Positions 24,801-39,275 of a stretch of DNA of 64,000 nucleotides are shown in pieces; positions within the stretch are counted from its first letter, which is position 1, and every line of letters begins with the position of its first letter. The DNA is from Octopus vulgaris. Taxonomy: Eukaryota. The position numbers and the translations under genes are program-made. Under the pieces are notes generated by a model, which saw only the letters and a program-made list of their open reading frames with translations, ran no database searches and was not told the DNA's origin. The stretch is taken from contig OX597816.1 in NCBI GenBank assembly GCA_951406725.2, forward strand, positions 111,290,001 to 111,354,000, given 5' to 3'.

Positions 24801-25319
24801 GATGATGATCATGGTGGTGGAGGTGGCGGTGGTGATATAGTGAAAAGTGTTTTTTTTTCTAATTGAACTCAGTGTTTTATATCAACTATCACTTAACGCA
24901 TGCGCGTAAGTGCAATTCCACGAAATATTCACTCTTATTCAAGTGGAAGATGTATGCAATTTAACTAAAGGTTGTATCATATGTACGGGATATTTTTTGC
25001 TGTTGTTTATGGGGGAAATCGAAAAAGAATAGTGAATATTTATTTTATGAGTGCTATGTATTAAGTCAATAAAATTGTGCATAAAGTATATAAAGTGTAT
25101 ATATAAAGTGCATTAAGTAATCATCGTATTTCAATTTCTTTCCTTTTTCAATGAGAAGTAAATGAACGATTGTCTTCCCATACAGACACAAAACAGGCTA
25201 CACTTTCAGGTTTTTTGGATAGTTTTCAGAAGTAACCCAATAGGCTTACCATTAATTCCGTGGAATATTCACGGGTCACGCTATTAAGCAATAAATACAG
25301 TAATAATAGTCATTGATTT

Positions 25320-26037
25320 TAGCACATGGCCACAAATTAGAGTGAGATAATTAGGTGATACCTTCAACCCAAGGACTTAATAGGTACTGTATTTTATCGA
25401 CTGCGGAAGGATGAAAAGCAAAGTTGATCCCGGTGAGATTTGAATTCAGAATGTAATGAACTGAAACAATTACCGCAAAACTTTCAAACGATTCTGTCAG
25501 CCTGCCAGATTAAAAATTAAAGAATAAATGAGAAATTGGCGTCACACGCACCCATTTCTGCAATAACACCCTGAAACTACCAAAAAGAATTTACGTAGGT
25601 ACGTTCTAGAAAACAACAACACCAAGATCTCTAAAAATTGCATACAACATTTTATACATGCTTCCAAGGTATGTCTGAATGTAGTCTTTATAACAGAAAA
25701 TTTCGATGCATTTCTGAATCCAAGAAAATAATCTTTCCCATTAGAGGCACAAGGCTTAAAATTTTGGGGGAGGGGATAAGTCAATTCAACTGGTACTTAT
25801 TTTATCGACCCCGAAAGGATGAAAGGCAGAGACGATCACGGCGGAATTTGAACTCTGAACGTGAGGACGGAGAAAATGCCGCTAAGCATTTTGCTCGGCG
25901 TGCTAACGATTCTACCAGCTCACCGCCTTGAATCCATGAAAATAATCCTACTATAGGCACAAGGCCTGAACTTTTTCACTGGTACTCAATTTATCGACCC
26001 GGAAAAGATAAAAGGTAAAGTCGACCTCGGCGGAAAT
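25320..26037 (-). mobile_element. Three SINE family A copies/fragments (25320-25510, 25733-25930, 25945-26037)
   Basis: Reverse-complement motifs ggtacttattttatcgaccccgaaaggatgaaaggc and ggcggaatttgaactc. Confidence 0.8.
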
Positions 26038-26642
26038 CCATGAAAATCATGTTAACGATAATCTTTTGTTACACTCGCACAAGGTCACACATTTTATGGA
26101 CAGGATTGAGTACATGACCACCGTACTCATATCATTTTCCCGCTCTCGAAAGAATAGCGGGTAAAGCTTAGACATATGTGTGAGTATGTAAGTGTGTATG
26201 TGTGTATGTGTAGATATATGCATGTGTGTATGTATAGATATATGCATGTGTGTATGTGTATATTTATATATATGTTCATATACATACGTAAATCTGTGCG
26301 TGTGTATACATAAGTGCCTGTGTATACATAAATATGTGTCTGTGTGTGTCTATGTATATTTATAGATGTGTATGTATGTATTATGTATAGACATGTGTGT
26401 GCGTGTGCAAAAGATTTTGAAAGAGATCTGCCTTATTCTAAACTAAGGAAATAAGCCATCTTAATAGAGTATCTAATGTATTCCTGTGGTGAGGATCATG
26501 ATCTATTGAGATTTCGAAAGCACCCATGTTTCTAGGTGGTGTATAGCAGTAATTTTGTGTAGTGTACACCCATACTATGTGTGGTGGTTGCACCCGCGTG
26601 AGTGTGTACTTTACACATGTATGCGTAGATATATTTGAAGAC

Positions 26643-26657
26643 CGAATGTTCTTGAAG
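26643..26657. promoter_or_regulatory. Canonical three-unit heat-shock element
   Basis: cGAAtgTTCttGAAg = nGAAnnTTCnnGAAn. Confidence 0.35.
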
Positions 26658-27624
26658 AATCTGTAAACGATCTAAAATCTCTGAGAGTTGCCGGCTGCAA
26701 CTGGCGCAAGATGTTTTTGAAAGAATAACTTTATTGGTTTATTGCAGACGAAGGTGTATGTACGAAATGATTATTAAAGAAGATTGCATATCAGATTATT
26801 TCGGTCTCTTTGTTAGTTTTATATTAGACTTCTTAATTAAACTTGAAGTATTTTTCACGATGCTGTGTCTCACCTTTATGTTATTGTTGAACAGCTGGTG
26901 GTATTGCGATCCTTCTGAAAATATTTTCTGATGAACGAAAACAGCCTCTATCTCTCTCTTTTATTTTCTCTTTCTTTCTCTTTCTGTCTGTCTGTCTCTC
27001 TCTCTTTCTCACACACACACACATACACACTCCCTCTCACACACCCTCTCTCTCGCTCTCTCACTCTCTCCCTCACTCTCCCTTTTTTCTCTCTTACTCT
27101 CCCCTTTCTTTCTCTCTTTCTCTCTCTCTGTTATGTCATTGTCATATGGAGAGTTAAACCATACAACATTTCTCCTCTTAGTATTTTTAGTGTAATTGCT
27201 TCTAGTATTTCATTCATTTTCAATATCGGTTGACTGTTAGTGTTTAACATTTTCAGTCGTTTTAAAGGTGGCTCAATCGGGGAATAGTGCTTTTACTCTT
27301 GTGATACTTATTGGTGAGTATTTGATAACGCTTGCTGTGGAATCGTGTTTCAATACACGATAGGATTCTATTAAGTTTTGAAAACGTCTCGTATCATATC
27401 GTGTTTAGTTTAACCGTTGTACCGAATGTTCTAATGAGGTTCGAACCATCTCGCTCAGATCACTAGTTTAGAATCATGGCCCAAATGTATTACTAGCTAC
27501 AGTTGCCATTAAATGCATTCACGCCTTAGTGAACAAAGTTTTACCAATCAGTTCGGCAGGTATGTAACCAAATAGCAGTGAACTTGAAAGTAAGTTCAGT
27601 GAATTTTCCGCAAAACAATTCCGT

Positions 27625-27902
27625 CGAAGATTCTAGAAGCTTAACTAAATATTATAAAATTCTGGGATATTGAACTCTAGAACATACTACGTTCTAGAAC
27701 ATACTCTAGAACTCAAGAACTTACTCTGTCGATAAGTTTTATAAGGAGCTCTCTTTCTTTCTACGTATTCGGTGTAGGGATTTGAATCGCAACCGCGAAT
27801 AGTTTGCGATCATTAGTATGCCGTCACAGTTTCACGTGACTGATCTAAAAATCGACCAATTGGCGTGAAACTGTAGCGTGATTATTCTTGACATTTGCGC
27901 AA
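27625..27902 (+). promoter_or_regulatory. Promoter-like cluster: HSE, TATA, further HSE dyads, E-box, CCAAT, C/EBP-like site
   Basis: cGAAgaTTCtaGAAg 27625-27639; TATAAAA 27653-27659; gTTCtaGAAc 27691-27700; CACGTG ~27834; CCAAT ~27856; TTGCGCAA ~27895. Locally CpG-rich. Confidence 0.4.
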
Positions 27903-29021
27903 TTTTAGCCAAGTTAAATAGTTTGGGGGCCTAATTCACAGCAGACTACATCTAGCCTTCAAACAGGACACATCATGGTTCTCTTCCCCAAGTTTTAACA
28001 ATGTGCGGCGGTTATTGTATCTGCATTTTTCTCTTTCCAGATAGCTAGTGTTTGAGCCAATGCAGCAAATTAATTCCTACTTAGTATTCTGTTAACCAGC
28101 GAATCTGTGATTATTTTGCATTCGTGAGTTTGCTTCTATTATATTACATACAACCAGCCTGATCTTTCATTCAGTAAATGGATACAACATCATTCCTTCT
28201 CACGTCCAACTGCGCGACAATAGTCTTCAGTAAATACACAAATAACGAGAACCCACAACATGATGATCACAAATATTACAAGCTCGCGACACTGTCTGAA
28301 GAACAATTTTAACATAATTACAAATTATTCCAGAATGAAGACTTAAGTGTCACTATCACTATCTTATGTTAGCTGTTATATTCAAATAAGTATTAGTCAC
28401 ATGTTAGTGAAAATGCTCCAGATAATAAAAAATATCCGGGAAATTATAAAAATGTTAGTGGGATCAATCTTTCCTTCACACGCAACCCACCGATTATATT
28501 GTGTATTACCAACAATGAATAAAATATCCACTGAAGTGTGATGTCAGGGCATATATGAAGGGATATGTATATATGTTTACCTTTTAGTACCTACAGCATT
28601 AATGACATAGTGTAACCAAGAGAACGTTAATCCGACGTTGTTTCGTACGTCACCTTCAAGCTGAATTTCCTGAATGTTGTAGTTATTGGCTTTTATGGAA
28701 CATCAGCTGTTTACTCTCTCAAACCATTTAAAAATCAAAACCCACGTAATTTTATATGGTAAAACTGTTTATGTACGAAAATACTTAAAATGCGTATAAC
28801 TGTTCAGGAATTGTGTGAGACCGGCAATAAATAATACTCTATATGATCCAACCTTTTCTGCCTTACGTCCATTGGAGATTATCATATCAATTCTGATTAA
28901 CGTCCACTTGGTTACACAGTATAGGCTCTAAAATATAAACATATAAGCATGGACTTTCAGCTCTATGGTTCAACTATGATTCTATGTATTTTATTTCTTT
29001 CTCCCTCTCTTCCCATTATGT

Positions 29022-29064
<43 letters not shown>

Positions 29065-29155
29065 CTCTCTACAAACTTACATACATGTATACATACATAT
29101 ATATATGTGTGTGTATGTATGTATATGTCAACATGTAAGTATGTATTTATGTGAG

Positions 29156-29188
<33 letters not shown>

Positions 29189-29345
29189 GTGCTCCAGCAT
29201 GGCTACAGTCATTGAACTGAAACGTATAAAAGAATAAAAGAATATAAATACACACACACGTGCATATATATATATATATATACATATACATACATGCAAA
29301 TATATGTATGCATAATATGTGTATGCATGTATGTATGTGTGTATA

Positions 29346-29424
29346 TAGAAGAAGAAGAAGAAGAAGAAGAAGAAGAAGAAGAAGAAGAAGAAGAAGAAGA
29401 AGAAGAAGAAGAAGAAGAAGAAGA
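29346..29424. repeat. (GAA)n microsatellite
   Basis: Seen directly. Confidence 0.95.
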
Positions 29425-30211
29425 ATGTATACCAACATTATGTTCAAAGAACAAGATTATTAATAGAAAGAGGAACTGAGATAACAATTGCCAATCTCAC
29501 ATGTAAACATCACTCTTGACAATTTTCTGGATTCACTGGTGGGTTTTTTTTCTTTCGTTTTATTAATCAAATAGAATTCAGTATCTTTACTTTTATAGTA
29601 GAAGATCAAGTTAGAAAATTTAAACACTGATGTTATTTATATATTTAAACTTTGGTATGTGCAGAAACCTCACTTCTAGTTTGAGGTGATAGAGTGTAAT
29701 TAAATGATTCAATTCCTAGTCTATTACTGGTAATTATAATTCCAACACCAAGGTGAAATATAATTGCTGATAGATAAGTTGAACTGCTGGTTCTCATGGA
29801 ATTATCTCTGACAGTCTATAGAATAAATAAATACATGTGCATTTTTAAGGCTTCTCTATCCTTAAACTTAAAGCAAGTGTTGTGAATGACGTGTCTATTT
29901 TTCTATGTTTTCAAATAGCTCCTTTTTGTATCAGAGTTTTGTTTATGAAATCTAATCAATAAAATTAAAGTCTATATTTAGGAAATATTTCTATGAGTTA
30001 ATTCCTCATCAATATCATCACCGTTTTAACCTCCACTTTTCAATGCTGGGTTAAATAGAATTTGCTGAGGCAGATTTCATATGGCTGAATACCTTTCCTG
30101 TTGCCAGAAATCCCTCATTTTCAAGCAAGTCAATATTTTCACATGATTAGACATACTTCCACAGAAGATTGGAAATGAAAGGCACTGCTTCTATGATGTG
30201 GTCACTAATTG

Positions 30212-30390
30212 GTTTGAAATTTTGACACAAGGCCAGCAATTTTAGGAAAGGAGATAAGTTGATTACATCGACCTCAATGCTCAACTGGAAATTATTTTTT
30301 TTACCTTGAATTTGAACTCAAAACATAAAAGACAGATGAAATATCACTAAGTACTTTACTCTGTAATGATTCTACCAGCTCACCACCTTA
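30212..30390 (-). mobile_element. SINE family A, degenerate
   Basis: cacaaggccagcaattt..gaatttgaactca..ccagctcaccacctt. Confidence 0.7.
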
Positions 30391-30458
30391 ATGGAGTCAA
30401 TAATTAACAACTATCACACAATGCAAAGATGAAGAGACACATACACACACCCACACCT

Positions 30459-30525
<67 letters not shown>

Positions 30526-31087
30526 AAGAGAAAGAGAAATAGATAGGTAGATAGATTAAGGTATATGTATATATTTCCACTCACACATAACATTAATTCA
30601 TACAACCAAATACACCTCTTCTACAGGCATTATGGTTATCTCTCCCAACACACACACACACACACATCAGGCTTCTTTCAGTTTCTGACTACAAAATCTA
30701 CCCACAAGGTCTTGGCCAACCTGAGCATATAATTGGAGATAATTTCAAAAGGTGCAACACTGTGAAACTCAACCCAAAATCACATGATTGGAAAACAGAA
30801 GATACATAGCCATAAAAGTGCAAAAGAAGGAAATATATACATTTGCAACAGAATTGGAATGACATTGCTAAATGGATATTATATTGAATTATTAACTGAG
30901 AGATCTTTATTTCAAAACAGTTGTGTTGATGTGCATTTGAGTATTACACTCAGTTCTCCGCATGTCAGTTTAATTATGAGAATGGAATAAATACCTGATC
31001 TTTGGAGAATATAACTTGAGTTAGTCTGGTATTCTGTATAAAGGCATCATGTTAAAATTTGATGTCCTGATTCCTGTTTTAGAAAGT

Positions 31088-31460
31088 AATCTTTTCTACT
31101 CTAAGCACACACCCTGAAATATTTGGGGGGGGGGCAGTCGATTAGATAGAACCTAGTACGCAACTGGTACTCAAGTTATCAGCCCGAAAGGATGAAAAGA
31201 TGAGAATGTAAAGACAGGTGAAATACCTATTTCTTTACTACCCACAAGGGGCTAAACACAGAGAGGACAAACAAGAACAGACAAATGGATTAAGTTGATT
31301 ATATCGACCCCAGTGTGTAACTGGTGCTTATTTAATCGACCCCAAAAGGATGAAAGGCAAAGTCGACCTTGGTGGAATTTGAACTCAGAATGTAGCGGTA
31401 GACGAAATACTGCTAAGCATTTCGCCCAGTGTGCTAACAATTCTGCCAGCTCGTCACCTT
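31088..31460 (-). mobile_element. SINE family A, dimeric form
   Basis: Reverse complement of the 8134 and 17432 copies, with the same dimer junction (aaatacctatttctttact). Confidence 0.88.
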
Positions 31461-33867
31461 AACAACAATGATAATCCTTTCTACTGGAGGCACAAGGCCT
31501 CAAATTTGTGGAGAGGTGAGTAGTCAATTTCAGAAAATAATAAAGCCAAAAAAATCAATAACTAAAGTGGTGATGCTTCTAAGAGTTACATTTGCAAATG
31601 TGGTTGTCTATGCTGAATGTATCATGAGATAACTAATCTGATTCTTCTTTTTTTTTCCTTATTGCAGAATATTTTCTAATCCTTATTTACAGTTGAGTAA
31701 CTTCTTACTACTTTATTATCCCTTAAGCTTTTACATGTACGTATGTGTACATATAAGTATGAATGTTGTGGTAGGGGGTCAGAGTGGGGAGAGAAAATGG
31801 TGTCATTAGTTACAAGGTATATTTTGATTTTTATGTCTATATTCTCAAATATTTTTTAGTGCTTCATTTCCATTTTCTTTATATTTACCAGCAAATACAT
31901 CTTCTTTCAATACCATCATTATCAGTATCCACTTCCTTCAATACCATCATTATCAGTATCCACTTCCTTATCATCATTATCTCTATCACTATCATCACCC
32001 TCCCTGCTACCACCACCAATAACAACAACAACAACCTACAGCAACAACACCATCACCATCATATCATCTTAATTATCCTCTTTACCAACTCCTCTCCATC
32101 AAAACCCCCCTCTTCAATCTTCTTATTGGCTACTATACTTTTTTTATGTCTCTGTTAATTGCCCAGTGTGGGTTGATCTAGTAATCTTGTTCTGTTTCAG
32201 CCTTGCCACAACATCTTACATTTCTATAAAGTGTTTCATGATTAATCAACTACACAGCTTTGATTTACTTTCAATGATACATGATTGTCATAGATCAGTG
32301 TAGATGAATGATAGTATTGATGAAAAGAACTTTCTTCATTCAATTCACTTTTCAGAAATGACAACTATAAAGCATTAATTATTCTGAACAAGAATTTTAT
32401 AAACAGAATCTTTAATCTATTTTCTCTCTTTCATTTTTTTGTCTCCATAATTTTTGTATTATTTCTTAAACATATTATAACACATTCCTCTGTTTGATGC
32501 ACAACTGCGATATACTGAGCCAACTTTTTGAGTTTCACATTCACACATATTCTTCAATGGGATACCGGCCTTTATGAAATCTGAAAGGGATATGGAAATG
32601 ATACTTGTGATATCCAGGAAGGTTTACATTGAACATTAGTCAAGACATTAAACTTAGTACATTAAATTATCCAGTCTTTGCACTCTGTCTCATTTTTCAT
32701 TTTATCTGCTATCTCACCAAGATGAAGAAATTTATGTAACAGGAAACAATTCATTTTAGAAATGACAAATCCAAGAATATTTCTTTCATTCGTCTGAGAA
32801 AAATTATTACGATAAAAAGAATCTAAATTAATTTGTTTTCTGTTCTGTAGAGGATAACATTGTTTCTTTGTATTTTATTCCTATACATTCAATTCTAAAC
32901 ACACTATAGAGTTAATGCCATCAAACTTTTTAACATCACGATCTAGTCCTTGGAAGCCTTTAATGGTGTCCTTTCTCACGGAAATATTTGGGCTAAGTAT
33001 TTAGTGTGTGAATAATTTTTCTCTTTCTTTTATACTTGCATGGAGTTTTGAGCTATGTTATCAAATGAAAGGAGAAAACTTGTAGCCAGAAGTTATTTCC
33101 TATTCTATTGATAATGGATGGATTTTTTTAGATAATCTAACACCTACCAAAAACTCCCCTTATCTTTGCATGTAATTTACTAGTAAATATGCTGTAGCAG
33201 AATGGAAGCAACATGGTTTAATTGTCAAGAGATTTGTTTCTCAATCAAAAGATCTTGTTCAATGCCATTGTGTAGCATCTTGGGTAATTGTATTTTACCA
33301 TGGCCATCGATTGACCAAAGCCTTCATAAGTATAATCAGGTAAATGGAAACTGTATGGAAGCCTAACAGATGGATTGTTTTTGTAATTTAAAGGTTTTTC
33401 CTCGCCACACTGTGTTATATTGACTCTACCTGAGAATTAAGAATCATGTTACAATAAATATGTCTGTGAAATGTTCAAAACTTACATGCTAACTGTCAAA
33501 ATACATAAAGATCTATCTTTATAGGATACAAATCACCAAACTTCTTGGCTAGGTAACTAATATGATATTTACTCAGTCACACACAACTCACCTCTTTTCA
33601 TGTGCTTCATATTTGAAAATCACAGCAACCTAAATTAAATATGCCAGCATTGCTTATTTTGCATATAAAACTTTACTATGCAGGAGACCCAGAGACTTTT
33701 TTCTAAACTTACATGGAACAAATGTAATTTGCTGGGGTTAGAATTTTCTACAACTGGGTAACATTCTTATTTCCAACTCCCACCTGTTCTAAGTGAGGTG
33801 ATAATCTCCCAGTCTACTGAACAACAAACAACCTGAACATGTTTATGTAAAGAACTGGATGCGAATA

Positions 33868-34088
33868 CAGTAATCCCTCGCCATATTGTGGTTCACCTAT
33901 CGCAGTTTATTATTTAAGTTATTACGTTGATTCCTCTGTGGTATTGTTTTGCATTTATAATAAAATAAATATATACAAATTATAAAAATAAAAATAAAAA
34001 TCTATCCAGTACAGTACTGTTTCTACTTACCGGATTTTCACCTATCGCAGTGGTTTTTGGAACACCTGTGGTAGTCAAGGGATTACAG
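33868..34088. mobile_element. Tigger/pogo-like MITE
   Basis: ta|cagtaatccctcg ... caagggattacag|ta TIRs with TA flanks; internal repeat ttcacctatcgcag. Confidence 0.75.
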
Positions 34089-34284
34089 TAATATCCAATC
34101 AAATCAAATCTTTTGCTTACAAAGATCATGCAATATGTCAAGACATGTCAAAAAGCCCAGACTTGCTTTTATAGTGGAACTGCAAGTGATTGACACCATT
34201 AGTGAAATTAAAGAGTGAAATGCATGTTTAGATAAGAGAGAAATTTGAAATCACTTACACAAATACACACAGATAGACAGATAA

Positions 34285-34470
34285 ACACACACACACACAT
34301 ACATATACAACAGGCTTCTTTCACTTTCTGTCGACTAAATGTGCTCACATTTAGTTGACAGCCCAGGGCTACAGTATAAGACACTTACCTAATGTGTGAC
34401 GCAATGGGATTGACCCTGAAACCACATGGTTGTGAAACAAACTTTTTAACCACGCAGCTATGCTTGCACC
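34285..34470 (-). mobile_element. SINE family B 5' half, degenerate
   Basis: Reverse complement of the family B head (accacatggtt, gggattga, ggcttctttca). A similar fragment lies at 30650-30812. Confidence 0.7.
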
Positions 34471-35428
34471 TATGTCATAAATTCCATCCTCAAATAAGTA
34501 TCCATCTTCCTTAAGCCAGCATAGAAAAGTAAACATAAAATGAACACGTAAACTTAACTGTTAATGAAATTTCTCCTTATTTTACAACTCTTAACTTTAA
34601 ATATATATTATTATTTCCTTGTTTGAATTGCATCACTTAGAAATCATTATAGTCTCTCATTTGCAAACAAATCCAAACAAAATGGGATAAAATATAATGG
34701 TGAGAAATTTGCCACAGAAGTTTTATAATTCGAATTCTTGATTTAATTTGTAGAATGGATTTTAAAACATTTCACTTATGTCAGAGTATTGTGATGAAAT
34801 GTAACACCTCCTTGAAAAATTTGAAAATAGTTTCCAGTGTATCCTAACCAATTTTTCATTGCTTCACAAACTAATTGCTCTTCAGCTAGCTCTAAATTTA
34901 ATAAACTATTATGACAGAAATGGCAAACAACATGCTTGTAGGATAGAACCTCAATCAGCAATGCTTCACTTTATGTACAACCCACACGTCATGTTCTCTA
35001 ATGAACAAACTATGGCTACTTCATTAGAGAGCAAGCATAAAGTTATCTAGGAATGATATTTGCTGTAACTACTGTTTTATCACCGAGCCTTCACTCAATT
35101 GTAGTGTGAGTGATATAAATTATAGATATTGTATAGCAATAAAGAGTGATGATATATGAAAACTTAGAAACATTCCAAAAATAGACAATCAACATTAAAA
35201 TGTAAATATCCCAGTTAAAACTCAACAGAAGATTACATGAGTTGCCGAAGTATAAAAGAGATAACTAAAATAAGCACACAGTTGAAGAGTCTTACAGTTA
35301 TTGATTTTAGTATTCTGACATTTGTTTCCTTATTAGATTACAAGGTATCCTGATTTAACTGAAAAGAAATTACAATAATAGTACAAAAAAGTAGTAACAT
35401 TATCATCATCATTATTATTATTACTATT

Positions 35429-35795
35429 AAGGCAGCGAGCTGGCAGAATCATTGGCATGCCAGGCAAAATACTTAGCTGCATTTTACCAATCATTATGTT
35501 TTTTGAGTTCAAATTCCGTCGAGGTCAACTTCGCCTTTCATCCTTTCAGGGTCAATAAATTTAGTACCAGTGAAACACTGGGGTCGATGAAATCGACTAT
35601 CTCCCTCTCCCAAACTTCAGGCCCTGTGCCTATAGTAGAAAAGATTATTATTATTATTATCATTGATGTTGTTGTTGTTCTTGTTCTTGTTAAGATGGCA
35701 AATGAGCAGAATTGTTAACATGCTAGGTAAAATGTTTAGTGACATTTTGTCTGACTTCATGTTCTGAGTTCAAATGCTGCTGGGGTTGACTTTAA
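35429..35795 (+). mobile_element. SINE family A monomer plus a truncated second copy
   Basis: aaggcagcgagctggcagaa..caggccctgtgcctatagtagaaaagattatt; second head at ~35692. Confidence 0.85.
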
Positions 35796-35984
35796 CCAGT
35801 TGGATAGAAGGTTAATGTCAAGCAACTGACAAGCAAGTCTGTAGTACTGAGCAGAATATTTGCTGTAGCCCATCTTTCACACCAAGACAAAACATGTACA
35901 TGATAACATTTCCACTCAGTTTAAGATCAGAAGCCATTACCATTATGCTAGTTCATGTAAAATAAGTTATCTGGTATTTTATCT

Positions 35985-36830
35985 TGATGTTTGGTGGCAG
36001 CAAGTCCCCTCAAATCTCAAGAATCTTTCTTAGTCTGGTACTTTTCTGCAGGTCAGCAAAGCAAGTTTCAATTCCAATCTCTTTCACTCTTTTAGGTAGA
36101 ATTTTGGTTGTTGTACCAAGCATGCCTATCACTACAAGAATAATTGTTGTATTGGTCTTCCATATTCTCCACAAATGACTGTTGAGATTCTGATATTTGT
36201 GAAGATTTTCAATTTCTCTGGTATTGACTCTGCTTTTATAGAGAATTGCAGAATCTATGATCTCACACTGTTTGTTTATTTTGTCCTCTATGATCATATC
36301 TGGCTTTCTTGTTTCAATGGCATGGGTCAGTCTTTATGGGGAAATCACAAAAGATCATGTAATTTTCATTTCCTATCACAGCCTTTGATTCATGTTCATA
36401 CCACTTTCCTGTTGTTTTGAAGCCACATTCTCAGCCAATATCCCAGTATACACTTTGCCTACACAGAAATGTCTATGTTTGTATTCCTTTTGTACTAATA
36501 TACTGTACCCATTCAGAAGTTGATTGATACTCTCATCTCCTTTTCTGCAGATTCTTCATTTGCAGTCTGACTGAGTTTTGTCAACCTTTACCTTCATCAG
36601 ATTTGTTCTAAGGATTTTCTCTGAGTGACTATACTTTGGCTCTCATTTCAACTTCTTGTCCATCAGCCACAATCAGCAATCCTTACTTCCAACAATTTTG
36701 GTTTGTTGCATAAATTGACCATGCTAGTCCATTTCTTTCCATTTGTTTATTCTGTTCTTTTTTTTCTCTTTGAATTCTTCTATTGTTTCAATCTCTTTTG
36801 GGGTATCTCTGGCTACTGATAGTATTCTTT
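35985..36830 (-). mobile_element. R4/Dong-like zinc-finger + RLE fragment
   Basis: ORF 36010-36297 HKYQNL..LWRIW..IILVVIGMLG; upstream degenerate RICRKGDESI..QKEYKHRH. Confidence 0.75.
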
Positions 36831-36843
36831 CTTTACTCTGTAG

Positions 36844-37032
36844 AGGAGTGGCTGTGTGGTAAGTAGCTTGTTTACCAACCACGTGGTTCTGGGTTCAGTC
36901 CCACTGTATGGTACCTTGGGCAATTGTCTTCTACTATAGCCTCAGGCCGACCAAAGCCTTGTGAGTGGATTTGGTAAACGGAAACTGAAAGAAGCAGTCA
37001 TATAAATATATAAATATATATATAAATATATG

Positions 37033-37085
<53 letters not shown>

Positions 37086-37315
37086 ATATATGTATGAATG
37101 TGTATGTTTGTGTGTCTGTGCCCCCCCCCCCCCAGCATCGCTTGACAACCAATGCTGGTGTGCTTACATGCCCATAACTTAGCGGTTCGGCAAAAGAGAC
37201 CGATAGAACAAGTACTAAGCTTACAAATAATAAGTCCTGGGGTCGATTTGCTTGACTAAAGGCGATGCTCCATCATGGCCACAGTCAAATGACTGAAACA
37301 AGTAAAAGAGTAAAG
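36844..37315 (+). mobile_element. SINE family B (tRNA head, CORE-like domain, central microsatellite)
   Basis: ggagtggctgtgtggtaag (A-box), gggttcagtccc (B-box), ccttgggcaa(g/t)tgtcttct (CORE-like), internal (TA)n, tail gactgaaacaagtaaaagag. Confidence 0.9.
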
Positions 37316-37504
37316 TGTAACACAATTTTTCAGACCTAGTGTTACATTATTAACAGCATCTTCTGCATTTTTGTAATCCTCTGCCACATTTTTAGGTAGA
37401 GACAGTGTTGTTTTTCAAGTTGAATGCATTGTGCCTTATGAGCATATTCTTTTATACGTTTCAGCCCTAAGGCTGTGGCTATGCTGGAGCACCACTAGTG
37501 ATGT

Positions 37505-37962
37505 ATTAACTATTATTTTTATCATTTCAAATACGCATAACAGATTAGACTGTTGGAAAAGAAAAATTTCCAAACATCAGGCTACAGAAAGTGACCTTAG
37601 ATGCCAAGAACCCCACCTAAGTATCCTAGCTGTCCCTAATAACACTATTTTCTGGAGCTGAACTAAACTAGGTTTTTATGCATATTTCCTCTAAACATTG
37701 GGTTAAAGTTTTGGGAATAGTTTTTAATGCACCTATAATTACAGGGATATATTTTACCTGTATTTTCCTTAGTCTCTGTAACTCAATGGCTAGGTCCTGG
37801 TATTTTGCTACTTTCTCTTTCCCTCTCATATTGACTTTCCATTTGATACTGCAAAGTCAATTATCTGGCACTTCCTATTTCCTTTGTCTCCTACTACTAA
37901 ATCATGCCTTCTAGTAATGCCTTCTATTACCATGTTTGTCTGAAAGTTAAAATCCCATTAGT
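37505..37962 (-). mobile_element. R4/Dong-like RLE 3' fragment
   Basis: Minus translation DFQTN..KCQIIDFAV..EKVAKYQDLAIELQRL..IPVIIGAL; bounded by (TTA)n at 37965-38028. Confidence 0.75.
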
Positions 37963-37963
37963 A

Positions 37964-38028
<65 letters not shown>

Positions 38029-39275
38029 GATGAGGATGATGACAACGATGATGACAACAATGATGATGAGGATGACGATGATGGTGATGGTGGTGATGAT
38101 AGCGAAGGTGGTGGCAGCAGTGGTATTGGTGGTGGTGGTGGTGGTATTGGTGGTGGAGGTATTGGTGGTGGTGGTGGTGGATTTGGTGGTGGTGGTGTTG
38201 GTGATGAATTTTAACAATTGAGGTCAGACATATATATAATTCACATGAAAGAAGAAACGAAGGCATATTTACTTTAGCATTGGTCTGATGTTTATTTACA
38301 CTAAAGAGGATGAGAATAGTGTTTGTTGAAATTAAGTTAACAACTGAGATTTCACTTAGTTTATTTATCTCGTTGTAGTATTTATTTATTCATATTGTAA
38401 AAGGTTATATTTGTTGAATCTGACAGCATCCTTGAGAGACACAATGAAGTTCAATACTGATGTGATGTGAATATGTCAATACACCTTGACATGAAGAGGT
38501 GATGATTAAACAAAAGATTGTTATATTTCAAGAACTTACCTTCTCTAAATGTGCCTCGATAGATTTAATGCATTAAAAGGATGATACAAGATTAACAAAG
38601 ACCATTTCATATTGCATCAAATATAAAATAGTTGAATTAAGTTTGTATCATACTATTCATTTTAGTTTCATGAATAATTGTACCTAGACCAACATTACAG
38701 AAAGAACTGTCAAGAACTGTAGACTATCAAACTTTTCAGTGGTATATTATATTTTGCTTCATTCATTCATGTACCACGTTCAAATCTTACTTGTATTTAC
38801 TTTTCCTTCTAAGATCTTTAGAGTTAATAAAATAAATGCTAGCGGTTTACTGGAGTCTTTTAATAAACACTATTCTATCTCCTATAAACTGTAGATCTTG
38901 TACCAAAGTCACAATCATAACGAAGAGGAAATCAATAATTCTGTTTGAGTGAGAAGTTCAATTCCTAACCATATGGTTTCTGTTTCAGTTCCATTGTGTA
39001 GCAACTTTGGCACTTTGTTCATCTACCTATAGTCCTAGGCTAAGGAAAACCTACAAAAACTGAAAAAAGGTCTGTTGTATAATTATCTATAAGTAGGTGT
39101 GCATAGAGATGTGTGTTCTTTGTTTTGACATTACATTATTGTTGCAAATGAACACCACCATTATACAAACGTTATTGTTCATTAGCAATCTTCCACGAAA
39201 ATGTGTCGAACCATTGGGAAAATATTTACAATACATGGAAGCAAGTGAGGGTTGACAGCAGAAAGGGTATTCATC

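Noticed and set aside
27670-27725. CRISPR-like short repeats (tctagaac)
   Set aside because: Eukaryotic context, 8-bp units, no regular spacers or cas genes.
28178-28312. 44-codon ORF downstream of the promoter-like region
   Set aside because: Short, no recognisable motif, and no support for coding.
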